Translations under genes and position numbers: made by a program
The notes under the pieces: generated by a model
Databases searched by the model: none
What the model was told of the DNA's origin: nothing
What the model saw: the letters and a program-made list of their open reading frames with translations, nothing else
Part shown: positions 27,642 through 37,381 of the stretch, in pieces
Layout of the letters: each line of letters opens with the position of its first letter
How positions within the stretch are numbered: the first letter of the stretch is position 1
NCBI GenBank assembly: GCA_009693335.1
Contig: SHXK01000004.1
Span: 1-48,325, forward strand
Length of the DNA: 48,325 bases
Origin: Betaproteobacteria bacterium
GTDB lineage: Bacteria; Pseudomonadota; Gammaproteobacteria; Burkholderiales; SG8-39
Direction of reading: 5' to 3'

Positions 27642-28629
27642 ATGGGAACTGTGGTGGCGCTTACCGGCCAGGCTGGCGGCGCGAAGCTGGTGAACGGGCT
27701 TTACCGTTTGCGCGGCAAGAATCTCGCCGCCATCGTCAACACCGGCGATGATTACGATCACCTGACGCTGCGTTTCTCGCCGGACATCGACACCGTGCTT
27801 TATGTGCTCGCCGGCATCGCCAATCCAATGGCGCCCTGGGAGCCAGCCGGCGATAGTTATGCCCTCTACGCCACACTCAAGCAATTCGGCGGCCCGGACC
27901 GGCTCTCGCTCGGCGGACCGATCCCTCGCCGCGCCCCTGCTACGCACCGCTTGGCTGGCCGAGGACCGACGCTTGACCGCCATTACGCTCGACTTCTGCA
28001 AGCAGCTCGGCATCAGCGCGCGCGTGCTGCCGATGAGCGATGACCCGGTATGCACCTATGTGCTCACCGATGACGGCGAGGTTTCCTTCCAGGAATACTT
28101 CACCACGCTCGCCTGCGAGCCGGTAGTGCGTGGCTTCAATTACGCGGGCGCGGATGCGGCGATGCTTACGCCCGAAGTATCCGACGCCCTCGACTCGGCG
28201 GACTTGGAAGCGGTGATCATCTGCCCCGCCAATCCCTACCACAGCATCCGTCCGATCCTGGAAGTGCCCGGCATGAAGGAACTCATGCGCAAGCGCCGCG
28301 CGCCGGTGATCGCGGTGACGCCGCTTATCGGCGGCAAGGCGCTCAAGGGCTCGACCGGGAAAATGATGCGCGAGTTGCGACACGAGGTCTCGGCCCGCCG
28401 GGTGGCGCTTGAGTACCTGAGACTGATCGATGGCTTTGTCATTGACGCAGCGGATGCCGCGAGCGCCGAGGACCTGCGCGCCAGCGGCATCGAAGTCCTG
28501 GTCACGAACACCGTGATGCGCACGGCGGAGGACCAGGTGGCGCTCGCGCAGGCGGTGCTTGCTTTCGCACAAACCATCCGCGAACAGCGCCTGCAGGAAA
28601 ACAACCTGTCCATGAATGGTGCCGGCTGA
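27642..28629 (+). pseudogene. cofD: CofD-like 2-phospho-L-lactate transferase (F420 pathway family), split by a +1 frameshift near 27915
   Basis: Frame 1: VALTGQAGGAKL, IVNTGDD, FSPDIDTVLY. Frame 2: DRSLA, LPMSDD, SFQEYF, ICPANPYHSIRPIL, TPLIGGKALKG. Removing one G at 27915/6 gives a continuous 328-aa ORF. Confidence 0.8.
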
Positions 28630-28692
28630 CGGGATCGAACCGCCGACCTTCGGTTTACAAAACCGTTGCTCTACCAACTGAGCTAAGCCGGC
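28617..28692 (-). tRNA. tRNA-Thr(UGU)
   Basis: GCCGGCTTAGCTCAGTTGGTAGAGCAACGGTTTTGTAAACCGAAGGTCGGCGGTTCGATCCCGTCAGCCGGCACCA: 76 nt, cloverleaf, TGT anticodon, encoded CCA. Confidence 0.97.
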
Positions 28693-28707
28693 CCTGCGGA
28701 AAGTCTA

Positions 28708-29184
28708 CTACTTGATGCGGCGCAGCTTGGGCTTGCCGCCGGCCGGCGGTTCCGTGGCGGTCGCAGTGGGCACGCCCACCGGTACCGGCCGCGTAGGGCC
28801 GGGTTCGTTGGAGGGTCCGGCCTTGCCGGCTTCCTGCTCGGTAGCGGCCTGAATCCCCGGATTGGCCGAGTCCACCTCGAAAGTCATGCCGTGGCCGGTC
28901 TCGCGCGCGTAAAGCGCGTAGACGCCGGCGATCGGCACCGAGATCTGGCGCGCGACGCCGGCGAAGCGGGCCGAGAACTCGATCTGTTCATTGCCCATCT
29001 GCAATTTGTGCACCGCGCTAGGCGAGATGTTCAGGGTGATCTCGCCATTGCGCACATAGTCGGCGGGCACCTGCGAGCGCAGATCCACTTTCACCGCCAG
29101 ATGCGCGGTGTAGCCGTTGTCCACGCACCACTCGTAGAGCGCGCGCAGGAGGTAGGGCTTGGTGGATATTTCGGTGTGGGCCAT
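28708..29184 (-). CDS. sspB: ClpXP protease specificity-enhancing factor
   Basis: STKPYLLRALYEWCVDNG, C-terminal KPKLRRIK ClpX-binding tail; follows sspA. Confidence 0.95.
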   Translation of the reverse strand: MAHTEISTKPYLLRALYEWCVDNGYTAHLAVKVDLRSQVPADYVRNGEITLNISPSAVHKLQMGNEQIEFSARFAGVARQISVPIAGVYALYARETGHGMTFEVDSANPGIQAATEQEAGKAGPSNEPGPTRPVPVGVPTATATEPPAGGKPKLRRIK

Positions 29185-29191
29185 GGCAACA

Positions 29192-29791
29192 CTACTTGCG
29201 CATCACTTTCTCTGAGGGCGTGAGCGCCTCGATGAACGCCGGGCGCGAGAAGATGCGCTCGGCGTACTTCATCAGCGGCGCGGACGGCTTGCCCAGCTTG
29301 ATGTCGTAACGGTCCAGGCGCCATAGCAGCGGCGCGATGGCAATATCGAGCATGCTGAAGTCGTCGCCCAGCATGTACTTGGTCTTGGTGAAGATCGGGG
29401 CAAGTTGCACCAGTTGATCGTGGACCTGGGTCTTGGCGCGCTCGACCTGTTTCTCTTTGCCAGTCTCGAGCGTCTCGATCTGCGAGAAAAGTTCGACTTC
29501 CATATTGAACAGCGCGAGGCGCGCGCGCGCGCGCATCACCGGATCGGACGGCATCAGTTGCGGATGTGGGAAACGCTCGTCGATGTACTCGTTGATAATG
29601 TTCGACTCGTAGAGGATCAGATCCCTCTCGACCAGCACCGGCAGGCGGTTGTACGGATTCATCACCGCAATGTCTTCGGGCTTGTTGTACGTATCCACGT
29701 CGATGACCTGGAAGTCCATGCCCTTCTCGTAGAGCACGAAGCGACAGCGGTGACTAAAGGGGCAAGTGGTGCCAGAGTACAGTTGCATCAT
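29192..29791 (-). CDS. sspA: Stringent starvation protein A (GST fold)
   Basis: MMQLYSGTTCPFSHRCR, LYESNIINEYIDERFPHPQLMP. Confidence 0.95.
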   Translation of the reverse strand: MMQLYSGTTCPFSHRCRFVLYEKGMDFQVIDVDTYNKPEDIAVMNPYNRLPVLVERDLILYESNIINEYIDERFPHPQLMPSDPVMRARARLALFNMEVELFSQIETLETGKEKQVERAKTQVHDQLVQLAPIFTKTKYMLGDDFSMLDIAIAPLLWRLDRYDIKLGKPSAPLMKYAERIFSRPAFIEALTPSEKVMRK

Positions 29792-29813
29792 GTTGCGGAC
29801 TTTCCAGGCGGTG

Positions 29814-29837
29814 AAAAAAGCCGGGCGGCGCCCGGCT
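29814..29837 (-). terminator. Rho-independent terminator after petC
   Basis: Minus strand AGCCGGGC-GCC-GCCCGGCT hairpin running into a T6 tract. Confidence 0.8.
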
Positions 29838-29858
29838 AGGGTTACCTATTGATGAGAA

Positions 29859-30581
29859 CTACTTCACGTCTTTCCAATATTCCTTCTTCAGCGCGTAGGC
29901 AAAGATGAACAGGATGCCGAGCACAAACAGCACCACGATACCGATCCGCTTGCGCTCGTTGGCGGCGGGCTCGCCCATGTAGACAAGGAAGTTCACCAGA
30001 TCGCGCACCGTGGTGTCGTATTGCACCGTGTTCTGCGTGCCGGCGGAAATCCGACTCCATTTGTAATCGGCCGGGCTGTGGCCGTCTTTGGCGGGAACAA
30101 TCTCAAGTGCGCGCTCTCCCTGCAGCGACCAGAGCGCATGCGGCATCGCCACCTGCGGATACACAGCGTTGTTCCAACCGGTCGGCGACTTGCTATCACG
30201 GTAGAAAGTTCGCAGGTAGGTATAGAGCCAGTCGGCGCTGCGCGCACGACCTATCACCGTAAGGTCCGGTGGCGCGGCGCCAAACATGGCCTTGCCGTCC
30301 TTCTCGGTGAGCGCGACCTTCATCGTCTCGCCCACCTTGGCGCCGGTGAGGATCAGGTTGTCGCGGATCTGGGCTTCGGTGAGACCGAGGTCGGTGAGCC
30401 GGTTGTAGCGCATGTACTGCGCGCCGTGACAGTTGAGGCAGTAATTGACGAAGGTGCGCGCACCCGCCTGCAGGCTGAGCAGATCTTTCGCATCGAGCGG
30501 CGCGCGGTCGAGCCGATAAGCAGCTTCGGAGGCCCAAGCCAGCGCTGGAACAAAGAGTATGGCGAGGAGCAGTTTTTTCAT
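29859..30581 (-). CDS. petC: Cytochrome c1
   Basis: Signal peptide MKKLLLAIL, CLNCH heme motif, PPDL, AMPH, C-terminal TM helix and YWKDVK. Confidence 0.95.
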   Translation of the reverse strand: MKKLLLAILFVPALAWASEAAYRLDRAPLDAKDLLSLQAGARTFVNYCLNCHGAQYMRYNRLTDLGLTEAQIRDNLILTGAKVGETMKVALTEKDGKAMFGAAPPDLTVIGRARSADWLYTYLRTFYRDSKSPTGWNNAVYPQVAMPHALWSLQGERALEIVPAKDGHSPADYKWSRISAGTQNTVQYDTTVRDLVNFLVYMGEPAANERKRIGIVVLFVLGILFIFAYALKKEYWKDVK

Positions 30582-30589
30582 CGCGCGCC

Positions 30590-31864
30590 TCACATCGTTA
30601 CCCGGTCCGGTTCGGGTTTGCATGGGTCGATGGCCGTATACCAGGGCATCAGCAAAAAGAACGCGAAGTAGAGCGCTGTGAAGATCCGCGCCGCCACCGT
30701 GGCCACGTCGGCGTTGCCCAGCCAGGGACCGAACTGGCCCCACACCGTGATCGGCTCGGTGCCGAGGTAACCCAGCACCAGGAAGGTGACGACGAAAATC
30801 GCCAGCGCGCTCTTGTAGAAGATGCCGCGGTAGCGGATCGACTTCACCGGGCTGCGGTCTAGCCAGGGCAGGAAGAACAGGATCAGGACCGCGATGCCCA
30901 TCGCCAGCACCCCCGGGAACTGCGAGGTGAACAGCGGCGGCACCGCGCGCAGGATTGAATAGTAAGGCGTGAAGTACCAGACTGGGGCGATGTGCGCCGG
31001 GGTCTTCAGCGGATCGGCGGGTATGAAGTTGTTGTACTCGAGGAAGTAGCCGCCCATCTCCGGGACGAAGAACATGACCACGCAGAACAGCATCATGAAC
31101 ACCACCGCGCCGGCGATATCCTTGACCGTGTAGTAGGGGTGGAATGGAATGCCGTCGAGCGGATGACCGTCGGGGCCTTTTTTCTTCTTGATCTCAACGC
31201 CATCCGGATTGTTGGAGCCGACGTCGTGCAAGGCCAGAATGTGCGCCGCCACCAGGCCCAGCAGCACCAGCGGAATGGCGATCACGTGCAACGCAAAGAA
31301 GCGGTTCAGCGTCGCATCCCCCACCACGTAATCACCGCGGATCCAAAGCGCGAGGTCGGGCCCGATGAAGGGCACGCTGGCGAACAAGTTGACGATCACC
31401 TGCGCGCCCCAGTACGACATCTGGCCCCAGGGCAGGAGGTAACCCATGAAAGCCTCGGCCATCAGCGTCAGGTAGAGCAACACGCCGAAGATCCAGACCA
31501 GTTCCCGCGGCTGCTTGTACGAGCCGTAGAGCATGCCGCGGAACATGTGCAAGTACACAACGATGAAGAAGGCCGAGCCGCCGGTCGAGTGGATATAGCG
31601 GATCAGCCAGCCGCCAGGGACGTCGCGCATGATGTACTCGACCGAACCGAAAGCGAGGTTCGCATCAGGCTTGTAGTTCATCGTCAGGAAAATGCCCGAG
31701 ACGATCTGGATTGCCAGCACCAGGATAGACAAGGCGCCGAAGAAGTACCAGAAGTTGAAGTTCTTCGGGGCGTAGTACTCGGTCATGTGCTTGCGGAATT
31801 CCTCCGCCACCGAGGGCATCCGCGCGTCGAACCAGTTCCACAGCGCCGTCAGACGGTTGGCCAT
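30590..31864 (-). CDS. petB: Cytochrome b
   Basis: YYAPKNFNFWY, RYIHSTG, LPWGQMSYWGA, PVWY Qo motif (beta/gamma-proteobacterial variant of PEWY). Confidence 0.97.
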   Translation of the reverse strand: MANRLTALWNWFDARMPSVAEEFRKHMTEYYAPKNFNFWYFFGALSILVLAIQIVSGIFLTMNYKPDANLAFGSVEYIMRDVPGGWLIRYIHSTGGSAFFIVVYLHMFRGMLYGSYKQPRELVWIFGVLLYLTLMAEAFMGYLLPWGQMSYWGAQVIVNLFASVPFIGPDLALWIRGDYVVGDATLNRFFALHVIAIPLVLLGLVAAHILALHDVGSNNPDGVEIKKKKGPDGHPLDGIPFHPYYTVKDIAGAVVFMMLFCVVMFFVPEMGGYFLEYNNFIPADPLKTPAHIAPVWYFTPYYSILRAVPPLFTSQFPGVLAMGIAVLILFFLPWLDRSPVKSIRYRGIFYKSALAIFVVTFLVLGYLGTEPITVWGQFGPWLGNADVATVAARIFTALYFAFFLLMPWYTAIDPCKPEPDRVTM

Positions 31865-31867
31865 GTC

Positions 31868-32458
31868 TTAGACCCCCTTCTTATCTTCGCCGATCAGCAG
31901 CTTGGTGTCCGAGAGGTAGGCGTGCGGCGGCACCTCGAGATTGACCGGCGCCGGTGCTCCCTTGTAGACCCTGCCGGCGAGGTCGAACTTGGAACCGTGG
32001 CAGGGGCACAGGAAGCCACCCGGCCAGTCCGCGCCCATTTCCCCCTTGGCCTCCGCGGTCCTGCTCTGCGGCGAGCAGCCCAGATGCGAACAAATGCCTA
32101 CCAGCACCAGGAACTCTGGCTTGATCGAGCGGTTCTCGTTTTTCGCATACGCCGGCTGCACCGCGACTTCTGATTTCGGATCAGTGACCTTGTCGTCCGA
32201 CTTGCGGACCGCCTCGAGCATTTCCTTGGTGCGGCGCATGATCCACACCGGTTTGCCCTGCCATTCAACGACCTGCAATTCCCCCGGCGCAAGACCGGAG
32301 ATATCCGCCTCGACCGGCGCTCCGGCCGCCTTGGCGCGCTCCGAGGGCCACCAGCTCCAGGCGAATGGGATAGCGGCGCCGGCGCCCGCGGCGCCTGCTA
32401 CCGCCGTAGTGGCGACAATCAGGTTGCGACGGGTGTGATCAATCTTTTTTTCGCTCAT
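31868..32458 (-). CDS. petA: Ubiquinol-cytochrome c reductase Rieske iron-sulfur subunit
   Basis: Tat motif TRRNLI, CSHLGC and CPCHGS. Confidence 0.97.
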   Translation of the reverse strand: MSEKKIDHTRRNLIVATTAVAGAAGAGAAIPFAWSWWPSERAKAAGAPVEADISGLAPGELQVVEWQGKPVWIMRRTKEMLEAVRKSDDKVTDPKSEVAVQPAYAKNENRSIKPEFLVLVGICSHLGCSPQSRTAEAKGEMGADWPGGFLCPCHGSKFDLAGRVYKGAPAPVNLEVPPHAYLSDTKLLIGEDKKGV

Positions 32459-32608
32459 TTAAGTCTCTGAATCGGAAATGGAAAACGAGGGCAAGGTAGG
32501 GTCAATTCAGAAACCCCCAGCATTTTAGCGAGGCGCTCGCGGAATGTCCACGTTTTAACGCCTAAGTGGTTATAAATAAAGGCGAAACATGGTAAATTGC
32601 AAAGTTCC

Positions 32609-33784
32609 ATGCGTTCCATCTGGATCATCTTTTCGCAGACCGCCACGATCTGCCTGGCGGTGCTGTTTGTGGTCTCTACGCTAAAGCCCGAGTGGTTGCC
32701 CTCCGGAACAGCGCCGGCGGCGGAAGTCATGCGGGCCTCGCCCCCGCAACAAGAGCCTGCAAGCAGCGGTGCAGCAAGCGGCCCGCGCGCCGATTCCTAT
32801 CACGACGCGGTGCGCAAGGCGGCGCCCTCGGTGGTCAATATCTTCACCTCGAAAGACGTGAGGGTGCGTCGCGGCCCGCTGCTCAACGATCCATCACTGC
32901 GGCGCTTTTTCGGCGACCAGTTTGCGAACGAGACCCGGCGCGCGACCAGTCTGGGCTCGGGCGTGGTGGTGGGCGCTGGCGGTTACATCCTCACTAACAA
33001 CCATGTGATCGAAGCGGCGGACGAGATCGAGGTCGCGCTACACGATGACAGAAAACTGCTCGCCAAGGTCGTCGGCAGCGACCCAGACACGGACCTAGCG
33101 GTACTACGAGTTGAGGCCCAGAACCTGCCCGCCATCACTTTCGGCTCCTCGGAAAATCTGCGCGTGGGCGACATCGTGCTGGCGATCGGCAATCCGCTCG
33201 GCATCGGCCAAACCGTCACCTCCGGGATCGTCTCTGGACTGCGGCGCAGCGGCCTTGGCATCAATACGTTTGAAAACTTCATTCAGACCGACGCGGCCAT
33301 CAACCAAGGCAACTCCGGCGGCGCATTGGTCGATGCGCGTGGCAATCTGGTCGGCATCAACACCGCGATCCTTTCCCAGACAGGAGGATCAATCGGCATC
33401 GGTCTGGCAATTCCGGCATCCATGGCAGGCGCCGTCATGGAACAGATCATCAGAACCGGCGCCGTGACGCGCGGCTGGATGGGCGTGGAGATGCAGCCGC
33501 TCACCCCCGCGCTCGCTGAATCATTCAAGCTCGGCACGCTGGAGGGCGTGATCATCAACGGCGTGATGAATGGCGGTCCGGCCGACAAGGCGGGCGCCAG
33601 ACCCGGTGATGTGCTGGTGGCGATCGACGGCAAGCCAATCGTCGATCCGCAAAGCGTGTTGAACGTGGTTGCCGGCATCGCCCCCGGCAACGCCGTAAAA
33701 GTACGGCTAAAGCGCAAAGGACAGGACCTGGAACTCGCGGTCGTCATCGGCCGCCGCCCCAAGCCCCAGTCGCGGCCGGAATAA
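32609..33784 (+). CDS. HtrA/DegQ/DegS-family serine protease with one PDZ domain
   Basis: SLGSGV, TNNHV, TDLAV, QTDAAINQGNSGG; N-terminal anchor; C-terminal PDZ. Confidence 0.93.
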   Translation: MRSIWIIFSQTATICLAVLFVVSTLKPEWLPSGTAPAAEVMRASPPQQEPASSGAASGPRADSYHDAVRKAAPSVVNIFTSKDVRVRRGPLLNDPSLRRFFGDQFANETRRATSLGSGVVVGAGGYILTNNHVIEAADEIEVALHDDRKLLAKVVGSDPDTDLAVLRVEAQNLPAITFGSSENLRVGDIVLAIGNPLGIGQTVTSGIVSGLRRSGLGINTFENFIQTDAAINQGNSGGALVDARGNLVGINTAILSQTGGSIGIGLAIPASMAGAVMEQIIRTGAVTRGWMGVEMQPLTPALAESFKLGTLEGVIINGVMNGGPADKAGARPGDVLVAIDGKPIVDPQSVLNVVAGIAPGNAVKVRLKRKGQDLELAVVIGRRPKPQSRPE

Positions 33785-33797
33785 CGCGGGGCCCGAG

Positions 33798-33845
33798 CTA
33801 ACGCACGAGTGCGTTCCAGCTAACGCAAGAGTGCGTTCCTGCTAA
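33798..33845 (+). repeat. Tandem pair of the 22-bp palindromic unit CTAACGCAMGAGTGCGTTCCWG, REP-like
   Basis: CTAA at 33798, 33820 and 33842; reverse complement of the 21561..21609 repeat. Confidence 0.85.
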
Positions 33846-33847
33846 AC

Positions 33848-34024
33848 CTACTTGGTGTGGCCCGCCACGTCGGCGCGCCCGCGATGCTTGCCGCGGCCGA
33901 TGGCGCCCTTTCGTAGTTGTGAACCGAAATTAAAGCTGTTGTCGCCGGCTTCTTTGGCGCGCTCGCGCATGCGCTGTTCAGCGATCGATTCGTTCTTCAG
34001 GGCGGAGCCGTATTTCCGTTTCAT
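33848..34024 (-). CDS. Small basic hypothetical protein (58 aa), not in the ORF track
   Basis: MKRKYGSALKNESIAEQRMRERAKEAGDNSFNFGSQLRKGAIGRGKHRGRADVAGHTK*; ATG at 34024, TAG at 33848; fills the gap after tatC on the same strand. Confidence 0.55.
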   Translation of the reverse strand: MKRKYGSALKNESIAEQRMRERAKEAGDNSFNFGSQLRKGAIGRGKHRGRADVAGHTK

Positions 34025-34085
34025 GGGATTTTCCCGGTCGGTTCTGCGTGACGGTTGAAATGCAGGGGCGCGATTCTACCTCAGC

Positions 34086-34847
34086 CTAGGGGCTTGTGGA
34101 TTGCCCTTCATCAGTCTGGGTTGCGACCTTGTGCCGCACATTGATGAAGCGGGCGCAAAACAGGCCGGCTTCGTACAGCAGGCACATCGGTAGCGCGAGC
34201 ATGAACTGCGAGAGCACGTCCGGCGGGGTCACCACCGCCGCCACCACGAAGGCGCCGACGATCACGTAGGGACGCACTTCTTTTAGCTTCTCGACGCTCA
34301 CCAGGCCCGAGCGCACCAAGATGATGACCACCACCGGAATCTCGAAAGTGACGCCAAAGGCCATGAACATGGTGATGACGAATGAAAAATAGGCCTCGAT
34401 GTCCGGTGCCGGGGTAATCGATTTGGGTGCGAAATCGTTGATGAACCTGAATACCGTGCCGAACACGAAGTAGTAGCAAAACGCGACGCCGCTCAGGAAC
34501 AGCAGCGTGCTCGCCACGATCAACGGCACCGCAAACGTCTTTTCGTGCTCGTAGAGGCCGGGGGCGACGAAGGACCAGGCCTGGTACAGGACGTAGGGCA
34601 GCGCCAGTAGGAAGGCCACCAGCGCCGTCACTTTCATCGGCACCATGAACGGCGTAATCACCCCGGTGGCAATCATCTTGGTGCCTTCGGGCAGCGCGAG
34701 CATCAACGGCGCGGCGAGAAAATCATAGATCGCGCCTGAGCCCGGCCATAGAAACAGCAGCACGAATGCCGCCAGCACCGCCAGCAGCCCATGCAGCAAC
34801 CGCGTGCGCAGTTCGATCAGGTGAGAAATGAAGGTGTCCTGCTGCAC
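34086..34847 (-). CDS. tatC: Twin-arginine translocase subunit TatC
   Basis: FISHLIELRTRL, FVAPGLYEHEK, FEIPV, VTPPDVLSQ. Confidence 0.96.
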   Translation of the reverse strand: MQQDTFISHLIELRTRLLHGLLAVLAAFVLLFLWPGSGAIYDFLAAPLMLALPEGTKMIATGVITPFMVPMKVTALVAFLLALPYVLYQAWSFVAPGLYEHEKTFAVPLIVASTLLFLSGVAFCYYFVFGTVFRFINDFAPKSITPAPDIEAYFSFVITMFMAFGVTFEIPVVVIILVRSGLVSVEKLKEVRPYVIVGAFVVAAVVTPPDVLSQFMLALPMCLLYEAGLFCARFINVRHKVATQTDEGQSTSP

Positions 34848-34849
34848 GG

Positions 34850-35185
34850 CTAGGCGGATTTCTCTGGAAGCTGAGGCGTCTCGCTTGCGGCCGTAGCGGT
34901 GACTGAAGCTGCGGCGGCGTTCAGTTCACTCTCGGTCTTGCTGAGCTCGCCTTGCACCGAACTCTCGATGCCGGTAGCGGCCTGTTGCACCGAGTCCTGG
35001 ATCTTGCGCAGCTCGTCTAGTTCGACCTCGCGGTTGATGTCGGCCTTGATATCGGCAACGTAGCGCTGCAAGCGGCCGGCCAGATGCCCGAGGGTGCGCG
35101 CAACGCGCGGCAGGCGCTCGGGCCCGATCACGATCAGCGCGACCAGGCCGATGACCATCAATTCGGAGAAGCCGATGTCGAACAC
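34850..35185 (-). CDS. tatB: Twin-arginine translocase subunit TatB
   Basis: MFDIGFSEL...[11 protein letters not shown]. Confidence 0.95.
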   Translation of the reverse strand: MFDIGFSELMVIGLVALIVIGPERLPRVARTLGHLAGRLQRYVADIKADINREVELDELRKIQDSVQQAATGIESSVQGELSKTESELNAAAASVTATAASETPQLPEKSA

Positions 35186-35268
35186 AGGAACCCTGCGAAC
35201 AGAATAGCTACTGGTGGGCGGGAGGCCAGCCCTTCCCCGGGTGACCTACGATCGAGCGGGCACGCCGC

Positions 35269-35499
35269 TCAGGCCTTGGTCTCGGTCTTTGCCTTGACCT
35301 CGCCCTCGACAGTGGTGCCGACAACCTGCGGCGCCGGACCGGCGTCGGCCGCTTTGTTGCCGCCTTCGCGAATGCCGTCCTTGAAACCGCGTACCGCGCC
35401 ACCAAGGTCGGTGCCGATATTGCGCAGCTTCTTGGTGCCGAACACAAGCATCACGATCACCAGAACGATCAGCCAGTGCCAGATGCTGAGCGAGCCCAT
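35269..35499 (-). CDS. tatA: Twin-arginine translocase subunit TatA
   Basis: [13 protein letters not shown]...[21 protein letters not shown]. Confidence 0.96.
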   Translation of the reverse strand: MGSLSIWHWLIVLVIVMLVFGTKKLRNIGTDLGGAVRGFKDGIREGGNKAADAGPAPQVVGTTVEGEVKAKTETKA

Positions 35500-35540
35500 A
35501 ACGTCTCCTGTGCAAACGCGGGAAACCCGTCTCCCCCGCC

Positions 35541-35903
35541 CTAAGTCCTCTTCATAATCATGGGCCCAAGCGGTTCCGGGCCCCCGACTACATGCATGTG
35601 CACATGATACACCTCCTGATGCCCGACCCGTCCGGTGTTGATGATGGCGCGGAAGCCTTGCGTCGCCCCTTCTTTGATGGCGAGTTCTCCGGCCAGCGCC
35701 AGCATCTTGCCCAAGGCGCGGTGCTGGGCCATGCCCGCGTCGTACAGGGTCGCCACGTGCTCCTTGGGAACAATCAGGAAATGCACCGGCGCCTGTGGCC
35801 GGACGTCGTGAAAAGCGAATACGTCCTCGTCTTCGTGGACCTTGTTGGACGGAATTTCACCTCGAACAATCTTGCAAAAAATGCAATTCGAATCTGTCTT
35901 CAT
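35541..35903 (-). CDS. Histidine triad (HIT) nucleotide-binding protein
   Basis: [27 protein letters not shown] triad; start 35903. Confidence 0.93.
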   Translation of the reverse strand: MKTDSNCIFCKIVRGEIPSNKVHEDEDVFAFHDVRPQAPVHFLIVPKEHVATLYDAGMAQHRALGKMLALAGELAIKEGATQGFRAIINTGRVGHQEVYHVHMHVVGGPEPLGPMIMKRT

Positions 35904-36217
35904 TTCTTCCTGGCCGCCTTCTCGTCCAGTCCCGGAATTCCTTCGCGCCGCTGCAGTTCGGCCAGCACATCGCCCGGGCCAAGACCCTTGCGCGCCAACA
36001 GGATCATGCAGTGGAACCACAGATCAGCGGTTTCGTTCACCAGGTGCTGGCGATCGCCGCTCTTCGCGGCAAGCACGGTTTCGGTGGCTTCTTCCCCGAT
36101 CTTCTTCAGCACCGCATCCTCGTCCGCCGCCAGCAGCCGCGCGACGTAGGACTTCTCCGCGTCTGCCTCCTTGCGGGCCTCGATGGTTCGGGCCAAGCGT
36201 TCCAGGATGTCGCTCAT
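35900..36217 (-). CDS. hisE: Phosphoribosyl-ATP diphosphatase
   Basis: [23 protein letters not shown]; start 36217. Confidence 0.94.
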   Translation of the reverse strand: MSDILERLARTIEARKEADAEKSYVARLLAADEDAVLKKIGEEATETVLAAKSGDRQHLVNETADLWFHCMILLARKGLGPGDVLAELQRREGIPGLDEKAARKK

Positions 36218-36620
36218 TTTTTCTTGTAGATGGTCGCCGGATCCTTGAGTACCGGATCCGTACTCACCCAGCTCCCGTTCTCGAGTTTGCGGAAAAAACA
36301 ACTCGTCCGCCCGGTGTGGCAGGCAATGCCGCCAAGCTGGTCCACCCTGAGCAGGATCGCATCGGCATCGCAGTCGAGCCGCAGCTCGCGCACCTCCTGC
36401 CGATGACCGGATTGCTCGCCCTTGCGCCACAGCTTGCCACGCGAACGCGACCAATATACCGCCTCGCCGCTCGCCGCCGTTTCAGCCAGCGCCTCGCGGT
36501 TCATCCAGGCCAGCGTCAGCACCCTGCCAGTGGAGAATTCCTGCGTCACTACCGGCACCAGTGCCTGATCGTTCCACGGCACTTCATCCAGCCATTGATC
36601 GGCAACAGTCGATTCTCGGC

Positions 36621-36624
<4 letters not shown>
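36214..36624 (-). CDS. hisI: Phosphoribosyl-AMP cyclohydrolase
   Basis: [31 protein letters not shown]. Confidence 0.95.
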
Positions 36625-37379
<755 letters not shown>

Positions 37380-37381
37380 CG

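Noticed and set aside
1-28616. Genomic island or prophage integrated at tRNA-Thr
   Set aside because: No integrase, phage, transposase or att duplicate seen; composition looks like the core region
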